A stretch of 64,000 nt of DNA, taken from Planctomycetota bacterium (GTDB taxonomy: Bacteria; Planctomycetota; UBA8108; SXIK01). Made by a program: the position numbers and the translations under genes. The stretch lies in contig OZ244999.1 in NCBI GenBank assembly GCA_965223265.1, positions 1,792,001-1,856,000 of the forward strand. The letters run 5' to 3'. Below are positions 56,104-64,000 of this stretch, one piece after another (positions within the stretch are counted from its first letter, which is position 1; each line of letters starts with the position of its first letter). The notes under the pieces are model-generated. The model was given only the letters and a program-made list of their open reading frames with translations, made no database searches and was not told the DNA's origin.

Positions 56104-59100
56104 CTACCGTCTTGCGGGCGGTGCTTTTTGCTGCAGCAAGTAGCCGAGGAGGTGGTTGAAATCATCGCGGGTAACGACCTCCACGAAGTTTGATGGCATG
56201 GGTGAGGTCGTCAAAACTTCACGCAGGGCGATCTCGCTCTTGGGAATGCGCTCCTCCTTGCCGTCAGCTTTGACCAGCGTTAGAACGCTACCGCCATCGT
56301 CGCGCGCAAGGCCGCTGTAGCTGACACCGCTTTTGAGCACGACCAAGGACGCTCGGAACGCCTGGTCGATGTTGCGATTCGGGTCGAGGATGTCCTCCAG
56401 GAGACGATCGAGGCCACGTATGCCGACGCCATCCAGCTGTGGCGCCGACCTGCCCCCCTTTCCGGCGATGCTGTGGCACGGCGCGCAGTGTTTCGCAAAG
56501 ACCTCGGCGCCGCGAACGACGTCTGGCTTGGATTCTCCGAAGGAGCTCCGGCGTGAATCCACCAGCTCCTGGAACTCTGCGATCGGATCTGGGAGTTCGG
56601 CGAGCATGGGCGGGATGATGTCGTTGAGGCCCTTCATGCCGAGGCGCTCGAGTTGTGGCTGCAAACCGCGCGTGAGAAGAAGCTGCGGCGATGCACGGCC
56701 GCTGACCAGCTCCGCGATCAACAGCTCTCCCCCCTCAAGCGAGCGTGCTAGGTAGTCGCGGATGCGCTTGCCGAGATTGAGCGGCACGATGCTCAACGCG
56801 CGCGCGAGAATCTTGTTTGCCGTCTGTTGCCGAAGGTTGCCGAGCAGCGACACCGCTCGCTCTCGCAGTCGGTCGTTTTCGCTACCATCAAAGAGAAGGG
56901 ACTCGAGTTCTGGTAGGGCAGCGGTTGTGTCGAAGCGAAAGAGAGTCTCGTAGGCGGCGGCGCGAACTCCGTCGCTGCGGTCTCGGTCGCGTGCGAGTCG
57001 TCGCACTTGATCCTGCAAGTTCGTCAGACGAAAGTTCGTCGTCAGTGTCAACCCGCTTGAAATCCTGGTGTCGTCGGTAGAACTCAGTGCGGCGCTGGCG
57101 AGCGGTGCGACCAGCTGCAGAATCTCTGCGCTGGCCGTCAACTCGCGTTCGCGAATGGCCTGCCCGACAATCGCTAACTGGGCACTCGCGTCGCCGTCGA
57201 CCCCGCGTTGTTTGTTGATCCAAGCGACGAGTTGCGGCAGCGCGTTCGGCTCCAGGTAACGCGCGAGGTAGGGAACGTACAGAGCTTCACGCTGTGGCGC
57301 TAGCTTGCCGGCGGCGGCTGCGGTGGACACGTGAGTCAACAAATAGGCGGCTGACTCGGGCGTGTGGACACCGAAAATGACATCCAGAATCGCCTCGGTG
57401 TCATCCGCAGACAGCGAACCGGCTGCGAGCGTTGCCCATGAGGATGCGAGGCGGAGCTGCTCGCGCAGCGCCACACGAGTGGTGTGAAGGAGAATGACGT
57501 CGCTCACCGGAACCGTTTCGATGAAATCGATCAATGTTCTTGCATGGTCATTCCGTGGGTGTTCGGTGAGCGCCTGCACTGCTGCGTTTTGCACAACGCC
57601 GTCATCGTCGCTGAGACCTTGCAGGAGCAGCGCACGCTCGCCCTCCCGAAGCGCGGGGCGTGCTGCGAGGATCTGTAGCACGTGTACACGCACGCGTGGA
57701 TCCGGGTGCGCGCTCGCTCGCCGAAGCAGCTCGCGCTCGAGCCGCCCCAAGTGCTCGAGACACCAGAGCGCATGGGCGACCTGGAGCGGTGACCTACCGG
57801 TCTCAATCCCGCGACGTGTGACGCGAAGGAGCTCCGGGGTGGAGGCTGCTCCATGGTGCTCGATCAATTGAAGCTGAGCAGCCTTGCGCATGACCAGGTT
57901 CGGATCTCCCAGCGTCTTGATGAGGTCGGGAATCGTCGCCTTCGTCACATCGGTTGATTGCCTGTCGATGTGCTGACGTCCTGCGTCGTTCGGCCGATAG
58001 ATGACGCGCCAGATCCTACCGCGCTCGCGATCGCGTCCGGGATGCGTCAGAGGAGCCTCGTAGTGACCGATGATGCGGTTGTAAAAATCGGCGATGTAGA
58101 GCGCCCCTTCCGGACCTAGCTCGAGGTCGACAGGCCGGAACCATTCGTCGTCGCTCGTGAGGAGGTCAGGGCGGTGGTGCACTTCATACGTCGCCCCACG
58201 ACGCTCGAGGCGGTCGCACTCGATGCGGTAGGTCACCGGGTTGCCCGTGAAGACAACGTCCTTGTATTCGGGTGGGAACTGATTGGCGTCGTAGTACACG
58301 ATTCCAGAGATGCCCGTTGAGCTGTGTTCGTGGGCGCAGACGTCGGGCCCGAATCCTAGTCCGTCGTGCGGATCACCGAAGCGCGGATAGGAGGCGCCGC
58401 GGATCAGCTGGTAGATGGGGCGTGTGTGGCAATCCGTCGAGAACAAACTCCCGTAGCTATCAAAGGCGAGCCCGAACGGGTTGACCTGGCCGTGCGTGTG
58501 TAGCTCTAACCGTGTCCCGTCAGGCCGAAAACGGACGGTATTGCCGCTGACGACGTCGGTGCTCCAGTCTCCTGTCCCTGTGACGTGTGAACGATTGGCG
58601 AAACCGTGGCAGGCGTAGATCCAGCCGTCGAGGCCGACAGTGAAGGCGTTGACAAGACCGTGCGTATCGACCTGGCCGAAACCACGGTAGAGTTCCACGC
58701 GCTCGTCTTCGCGATCGTCTCCGTCGTGGTCGAGAAGCTTGTAGATCTTGGGAATGCTGAAAACGACCGCGCCGCCGTGGATTGGCACGACGCCAATCGG
58801 AATGACGAGGTCGTCGGCGAAGGTCTTCACTCGGTCGGCGCGGCCGTCGCCGTCGTGATCTTCGAGAATCGTGATGCGATCGCGAGACTTTCGACCGTTC
58901 TCCTCGACCGCGAACGGGTATTCGATCGTGTTGGAGACCCAGAGGCGGCCGCGGCGATCGAAGCTGAGGTTGAGCGGCTTGTAGATCTGCGGCTCAGCAA
59001 CGACGAGTTGGATCTCGAATCCTGGCGGCAACCGGAAGCTCTTCAGCTCTTCGGCCGGCGAGCGAGGTTCGGTGTTGCCGATGTAACCTTCGTAGAGGCT

Positions 59101-59187
59101 GTCATCGGCGCTGGTCATTTCGGTCGCGGTGACAAACACCCAAGCGATCACGGCGACGGCGATGGTGACGACCTCGTGTCGTTTCAG
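56104..59187 (-). CDS. PVC-type heme-binding CxxCH protein (dehydrogenase-like propeller + HEAT repeats + cytochrome c)
   Basis: SFRLPPGFEIQLVVAEP, FDRRGRLWV, EYP, DRITILEDHDGDGRAD, NPFGLAFD, DEWFRPVD...GPEGALYIADFYNRIIGHYE, GRIWRV, HEAT repeats, GAEVF.KHCAPCH, ILDPN, SPMP. Start placed at CTG 59187 (uncertain). Confidence 0.9.
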   Translation of the reverse strand: MKRHEVVTIAVAVIAWVFVTATEMTSADDSLYEGYIGNTEPRSPAEELKSFRLPPGFEIQLVVAEPQIYKPLNLSFDRRGRLWVSNTIEYPFAVEENGRKSRDRITILEDHDGDGRADRVKTFADDLVIPIGVVPIHGGAVVFSIPKIYKLLDHDGDDREDERVELYRGFGQVDTHGLVNAFTVGLDGWIYACHGFANRSHVTGTGDWSTDVVSGNTVRFRPDGTRLELHTHGQVNPFGLAFDSYGSLFSTDCHTRPIYQLIRGASYPRFGDPHDGLGFGPDVCAHEHSSTGISGIVYYDANQFPPEYKDVVFTGNPVTYRIECDRLERRGATYEVHHRPDLLTSDDEWFRPVDLELGPEGALYIADFYNRIIGHYEAPLTHPGRDRERGRIWRVIYRPNDAGRQHIDRQSTDVTKATIPDLIKTLGDPNLVMRKAAQLQLIEHHGAASTPELLRVTRRGIETGRSPLQVAHALWCLEHLGRLERELLRRASAHPDPRVRVHVLQILAARPALREGERALLLQGLSDDDGVVQNAAVQALTEHPRNDHARTLIDFIETVPVSDVILLHTTRVALREQLRLASSWATLAAGSLSADDTEAILDVIFGVHTPESAAYLLTHVSTAAAAGKLAPQREALYVPYLARYLEPNALPQLVAWINKQRGVDGDASAQLAIVGQAIRERELTASAEILQLVAPLASAALSSTDDTRISSGLTLTTNFRLTNLQDQVRRLARDRDRSDGVRAAAYETLFRFDTTAALPELESLLFDGSENDRLRERAVSLLGNLRQQTANKILARALSIVPLNLGKRIRDYLARSLEGGELLIAELVSGRASPQLLLTRGLQPQLERLGMKGLNDIIPPMLAELPDPIAEFQELVDSRRSSFGESKPDVVRGAEVFAKHCAPCHSIAGKGGRSAPQLDGVGIRGLDRLLEDILDPNRNIDQAFRASLVVLKSGVSYSGLARDDGGSVLTLVKADGKEERIPKSEIALREVLTTSPMPSNFVEVVTRDDFNHLLGYLLQQKAPPARR

Positions 59188-59269
59188 CGGTCTCGAGCTC
59201 CTTTGCGTCCTGCGAGTAGAGGAGACGATTGTACTCGATGGTACGCTCGAGGTCTTGGGAACGCCTACT

Positions 59270-62200
59270 TCAACGACAACCAGTAGGCGCAGCGCAGCCG
59301 AGACGCCGATCGAGCGTCGGTTCGCCGCGGCCGCAGGCTGGGTAGGGGGCCACTGGCGGCGGTGCGGAACCGAAGAGGTGATTGAGCAGCGCCAGTGGAT
59401 CTGAAATGTCGACGCCGTCGTCGCCGTTGACGTTCGTGGAGGCGACACAGTTTGGGGAAGTGTTTCCTTGGAACATCCAAATCAACATGCAAAGCGCGTC
59501 CGCGATGTCGACGCCACCGTCGTCGTTACAGTCGCCGCGAAGAAACATCGGCGCGAGATGTGTTTCGCAGGGTACCGACAAGCTGGCGCGAAAAGTTTGA
59601 GACATTATAGTGCCGCCGCTCGCCGGGTCGATCAGACGCACGAGAATCTGGTCGATTTCCGCCGCGCCGTCGCTGACGGTGAAGGTCGCTGTCGCCGTCC
59701 CGGTTCCCTGGAGGTAGAGCTGCGACGTCCGCGCCTCAACCGTCAACGAGCTCGCCCTCCAGTCCGCGACTGGTGCAGCGACGATCTGCACAGGTGCCGG
59801 CGCGTTTTCGAACTTCACTGAGACTGTGACGCTTTCGCCGTATTCGATGCAATCGGTGGCTGCAGTGCTCATCGTGAGCTGCGACAGGGTCGCGTCGCAA
59901 ACGTCCCCAATACCGTCTCCATCGACGTCTTCTTGGCGGGCGTTGGCGACGAACGGGCAGTTGTCTTCGGAATCGCAGACACCGTCCGCATCGCTGTCGC
60001 CACCATCGTTTGCGCACGCGCCAGCGTCAATCGCTTCGCCCAGTCGCCACAACCGAAGAACGAGTTCGCCTGTCGCGGAGTGGACGTCGCCACTCACGTA
60101 GTCGCCCTCGGCGGAGTTCGTGGGGAGTGCCGTGAGATCGACTCGTCGCGGCGCGCGATGGGTCGGCGCGCCTTCGGTGGTGTTCAGCTCGAATGCGCGC
60201 TCGGCCCACCCGAGGTTTTCGACCACGCCCGATTCGGCGTCTGTTCTCCAGCTCGACACTCGGAGCTGACCGAGAGTGTCGACCGTGGCGCTGATGGCGA
60301 CAGTGCTGGTGACGCGGTCGAGGGCGAACGTCCGCACCTTCACGCCGTTCAAGGTGGCTGCGGCGCGAAAGTCCGGCGTGAAGAGCTTGCGATAGCCGTA
60401 GTCGAACAAGCGGTATGCGTCGCCGCTGCGGTCGTCCGACTGCTGCAGCGCCACGTTGAGCGTGCGGCCGAGCCGTGTCGTCTGCATCACCAGACAATTG
60501 GTGCAAAACGGCGCACCTTCGAACCCCGGAACCGTGACGCCGAGGAGGCCGTTCTTCCAGCCTTCGACACCGGGATAGCTTGCAAAGCCGCGATCGAGGC
60601 TCCAGCACTTGACAGGCTCTACAGCGCCAACCGCCAGATCGAGGTCGGTGCACTCACACGCGGAGTAGTCGCTCGGACCGGTGGTTTCACGTACGAGGCT
60701 GTACTGCCATGCAGACCGCCACAGCGTCACTTGATCTTGCGGCGTGGTCACAACCCCAGCTGCCGGGTGGCTGTAAGCCGTGTCGCTGAGACCGAGGAGC
60801 GACGCCTTGCGGTTCATGAGGCCGACGAAGGCTTCCTTCTTATCGCCTTCGTGTCCGTACGCCTGGGCTACGTGCTCTGCTATCGCCACCGAAGCGCGGT
60901 TTCCCGAGGGACGCATCATCCCGTAGAGGAGCGTCTCCAGCGTCACGCAGTCTCCCTCCTCGAGGAGAGGGCTCATCTTGCTGCCGCCCGCAGCGGCGGC
61001 GACTGCACTGATCTCGACGTTGTCCGCGAGGCTGAGCCCGAGCGCCGGGTCTTCCAGCGCCTCCGCCGTGAGCAACAACGTCATGACTTTGGCGACGCTC
61101 GCCGCGTGCACGCTCGCCGGTTCGCCAGGAGGCATTTCGAGGAACATCTCGCCGGCACGGACGCCGTGCTGCGACTCGGTGAGCCCGTCCGTCAGGATCG
61201 CACGGACGCGTCGACGCACGCCTTGAAACCAATGCTGTGTGCCGGAGCTGCGCAGACCGGCGCCGCTGGCAGCCGCGTAGATCACCCGGATGGAGCCGAC
61301 GTCCACACGCTCCTTGAGATCCTGTTTCGGCGCGCTCACCACGAGGTCATCGATGCCGTCGCCGTTGAGGTCTCCAGCAGCCGAGTTTCGACCGAAGTGG
61401 GCGTTCAGCTCACGGTTGTCACTCCAGGCGTAGACGAATTGCACGCCTGTCGCAGCCAATCCCGTCTCCGCTGCATAGATCACATGCACCGCGCCGATCG
61501 GAACCCCGCTGCCGCTGGGTTCACTCGGCGACCCGGCCACCAGGTCGCATCTGCCGTCGCCGTTGAAGTCGCCGCTCGTCAGGCTCCAGCCGAAGAAGTC
61601 GGAGTCTTCGCTTGGATCCTTGCCGAGTTCGTCCTCGCTCCACAGTTGGCTGTTGGTTGCGAACAGTCCTCCGGCGAAGCCGTAGAGCACGTGGACGACG
61701 CCGACGTTGGCGGCGTTCAAGTCCTCGAATCGCTCGTTGGGGACACCGATGGCGAGATCGTCGCGAGCGTCACCGTTGAAGTCTCCAGCTGTGAGACTGA
61801 GCGCGAAGCGGTCGTTTGCTTCAGCCACTTCGTCGATGCCGGCGCTGTCCTGATGGAAGACTCGGTCGTTGTCGGCGGAGAGGCCGAACGCTGACCCGTA
61901 CACGATGTGCACCGCGCCGGCGTCGGTCGCACCGGTGGCCTCGATGTCTTCTCGTGGCATGCCAACAGCCAGATCCCCGAAGCCGTCACCATTGAAATCG
62001 CCGGAGGCCAATGAATCGCCGTAGTTGTCGCCGTTCTCCGCTTTCGGCGCCATGCCGCTGACGTCAGCATGAAGGAGAAAGCTCCCAGCCGACACCAGGC
62101 CAGCTGCAGATCCATAGACGATCTGGACGGCGCCAGCGTTCGCGGCGGCGCCGATGTTCGCTCCCGGTATACCCATGGCGAGGTCGTGAAAGCCGTCACC

Positions 62201-63721
62201 GTCGAAATCATTCGCCGTCAGGGAGAGGCCGAACCGATCCGACGTCTCAGCCGCTGCCTCTATGCCGTCAGAGTTGCGGTACCACAGTTGACTGCCGGTG
62301 CCCTGGAGACCGCCGTCAGGATTGCCGTTGAGCACGTGGACAACCCCGGCGTCGATGACGCCGTCGACGTCCTCACGTGGGGCACTGACGGCGAGATCGC
62401 GAATACCGTCGCCGTTAAAGTCCGCCGCGACGAGCGCGTGACCGAACTCGTCGCCAGGCTCTGAAGCGCCTTGGACACCGGGACTCGCTTGACTCCAAGC
62501 CTGGTCTTCCTTCGAGCCTATGAGCCCGCGCGGCGAGGATCCGTAGATCACATCGACCATTCCACGAGCTTCGCTGTCGCCTGAAATTCCGACCGCTACG
62601 TCCTCGACGTTGTCACCGTCGAAATCCGCGATGGCCACTGACGATCCGTAGTAGGAGAAATCGGCACCGTTCTCCGCGCGCGAATCGGTCAGGGCCGGGT
62701 CGTCCAGGCGGATGCCAAAGTGGGCCAAGGGCCCAGCCGCGATGTCCGTTAAGTCAACTTGATCTTTGAGATGGTCGCTGAGCTGAAGCGAGGTGGGCGC
62801 CTTCGCATCGGTGCCTTGCCACGCCTGCCAGGAGACGAGCTTGGCAAGGCCGACGTCACGCACCGCCGTGACAAATCCCCGCCGACTCAACGGCGCGGCG
62901 GCGAACTGCTCAACCTGTTCGGCGACCTCAACGCTGCCGCGCAGGTCTTTCCCCGTGCTAGTGCTACTGACTTGCACGATTTCGCCGTTGGCTGTCGTCT
63001 CGATCTGCAGCGACGCCAGGAGGCCGTTTTCGGTGCGGTAGGTGAGAATCCACGTTCCGGGAACGCCGAGGTGTGTGACTTCGAGATCCCCGTCGAAAGC
63101 GTCGTCCGCCTCGAGCTCGAGGGTGAAATCGTTGACGGTGGACAAGCTTGGAGGCTGTGTCGTGACGCGGAGGAGAATCGCCCGCACGTGGGTCTCACCA
63201 TCGGTGCCGATTCCAGCGACGGGGACAAGAACGTTGTACATTGGGGTGATCAGCTGCGGCGTTCGTTCGGACGCGATCGCGTAGTCTCGGACGAGCAGAT
63301 CTGTGCTTGCGGCATCATCGAGCTGCGTGAGCTCGCCGTCCCTTCCCAGTGCGAACAGATCGAGAACGAGCGACTCGTCCTCAGATATGCGACCGAAAAG
63401 GAAGGGAGAGACAGTCGTCGGGCGACCGTGGCGGAGGGCATGCAGCCGTAAGTAGGCGCCTGCGGCCGGCGACGACTCGTCGAGAGCAACCGGTTCGAGA
63501 GCGAGTCCGGCGAGCGTCCAGCTTGTGACGACGTATTCTTCACCGGAACCGACTGCGGTGACGATGTGAGGTGCAACCGAGCCTTGAGGCATTCCCCCGA
63601 GGTGCGTAACGTCGACCTCCTCGACTTCGCCGAGGGCGGGGACGCAACAGAAACACAGGATGCTCGCCAGGAGCTGTCGAATCGGCGGCAACGGAAAACG
63701 GCGCGAGGGTGCGGAATTCAT
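59270..63721 (-). CDS. Secreted integrin-alpha-like FG-GAP + peptidase S11 (D-Ala-D-Ala carboxypeptidase-like) + TSP3 + dockerin-like protein
   Basis: Signal peptide; about 7 FG-GAP repeats (FGHALVAADFNGDG.RDLAVSAP.E); ASVAKVMT (SxxK), LETLLYGMMRPSGN.A, FV.LMN.KA..LGL.DT, TTPQD, GWKNG; DSDADGVCDSEDNCP..ANARQEDVDGDGIGDVCD; FLRGDCNDDGGVDIAD. Confidence 0.88.
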   Translation of the reverse strand: MNSAPSRRFPLPPIRQLLASILCFCCVPALGEVEEVDVTHLGGMPQGSVAPHIVTAVGSGEEYVVTSWTLAGLALEPVALDESSPAAGAYLRLHALRHGRPTTVSPFLFGRISEDESLVLDLFALGRDGELTQLDDAASTDLLVRDYAIASERTPQLITPMYNVLVPVAGIGTDGETHVRAILLRVTTQPPSLSTVNDFTLELEADDAFDGDLEVTHLGVPGTWILTYRTENGLLASLQIETTANGEIVQVSSTSTGKDLRGSVEVAEQVEQFAAAPLSRRGFVTAVRDVGLAKLVSWQAWQGTDAKAPTSLQLSDHLKDQVDLTDIAAGPLAHFGIRLDDPALTDSRAENGADFSYYGSSVAIADFDGDNVEDVAVGISGDSEARGMVDVIYGSSPRGLIGSKEDQAWSQASPGVQGASEPGDEFGHALVAADFNGDGIRDLAVSAPREDVDGVIDAGVVHVLNGNPDGGLQGTGSQLWYRNSDGIEAAAETSDRFGLSLTANDFDGDGFHDLAMGIPGANIGAAANAGAVQIVYGSAAGLVSAGSFLLHADVSGMAPKAENGDNYGDSLASGDFNGDGFGDLAVGMPREDIEATGATDAGAVHIVYGSAFGLSADNDRVFHQDSAGIDEVAEANDRFALSLTAGDFNGDARDDLAIGVPNERFEDLNAANVGVVHVLYGFAGGLFATNSQLWSEDELGKDPSEDSDFFGWSLTSGDFNGDGRCDLVAGSPSEPSGSGVPIGAVHVIYAAETGLAATGVQFVYAWSDNRELNAHFGRNSAAGDLNGDGIDDLVVSAPKQDLKERVDVGSIRVIYAAASGAGLRSSGTQHWFQGVRRRVRAILTDGLTESQHGVRAGEMFLEMPPGEPASVHAASVAKVMTLLLTAEALEDPALGLSLADNVEISAVAAAAGGSKMSPLLEEGDCVTLETLLYGMMRPSGNRASVAIAEHVAQAYGHEGDKKEAFVGLMNRKASLLGLSDTAYSHPAAGVVTTPQDQVTLWRSAWQYSLVRETTGPSDYSACECTDLDLAVGAVEPVKCWSLDRGFASYPGVEGWKNGLLGVTVPGFEGAPFCTNCLVMQTTRLGRTLNVALQQSDDRSGDAYRLFDYGYRKLFTPDFRAAATLNGVKVRTFALDRVTSTVAISATVDTLGQLRVSSWRTDAESGVVENLGWAERAFELNTTEGAPTHRAPRRVDLTALPTNSAEGDYVSGDVHSATGELVLRLWRLGEAIDAGACANDGGDSDADGVCDSEDNCPFVANARQEDVDGDGIGDVCDATLSQLTMSTAATDCIEYGESVTVSVKFENAPAPVQIVAAPVADWRASSLTVEARTSQLYLQGTGTATATFTVSDGAAEIDQILVRLIDPASGGTIMSQTFRASLSVPCETHLAPMFLRGDCNDDGGVDIADALCMLIWMFQGNTSPNCVASTNVNGDDGVDISDPLALLNHLFGSAPPPVAPYPACGRGEPTLDRRLGCAAPTGCR

Positions 63722-64000
63722 TGTGACTGAGACTCCCTTTGTGCTTGTGCTGTGGCCCGGATCGGCTGACGGGGCCACAAGGGAATCGGGGGGTCGGAGA
63801 TTCTTGATGGTTCATGCTTTCGGCCGCTGTTAGCGTCATTTCGGCGGCACAGGTGCGTCCCACGCCCCCAAAGCTTGGCTGCCTCGTCGAGAAGACAGGG
63901 CTTTGTCGCTCGAGGGGCGCGCTCGCCGGGGCCATGCACGCGCACGCGCCAGGCGCCCAACGTCGTAGCGAGAGCAACGTTGGAGAGATGTAGGTGTGGA

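Noticed and set aside
59933-61894. Long antisense ORFs (653 aa here; also 46689-48296, 34279-35661, 32839-34137)
   Set aside because: Shadow frames opposite motif-rich genes, as expected in high-GC DNA; no recognisable domains.

Overview
GC-rich bacterial chromosomal window, most likely from a Planctomycetota (PVC) genome. This is inferred from the PSCyt1/DUF1549 cytochrome, the DUF1592-DUF1552 pair, a PVC-type heme protein, DUF1080 and several 'F.RGD.N.DG.VDISD' dockerin-like modules. Positions 1.3-15.5 kb form an accessory island. It holds a TPR gene and a signal-peptide Rhs polymorphic-toxin gene (2138 aa once reconstructed; DUF6531-Rhs core-PT-TG-Cys-rich tip) that is split in three by complete IS1380 and IS66 elements with intact target duplications. 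A zinc-ribbon/TPR gene (candidate immunity) follows, and copies of a 159-bp YTAG-targeting MITE bracket the island. The rest is mostly exported and metabolic genes plus an ArsR-rhodanese-TSUP-persulfide dioxygenase-cysteine dioxygenase sulfur operon with two operator palindromes and a DUF6036-like nucleotidyltransferase pair. The strongest novelty candidate is a set of three large secreted FG-GAP propeller proteins sharing a dockerin-like module but carrying different cargo: a glucan-water-dikinase-like phosphoHis + ATP-grasp pair, a D-Ala-D-Ala carboxypeptidase-like domain, and an ASPIC/UnbV-type module. No rRNA, tRNA or CRISPR array was recognised. All family calls are from motif recognition by eye; no database searches were run.
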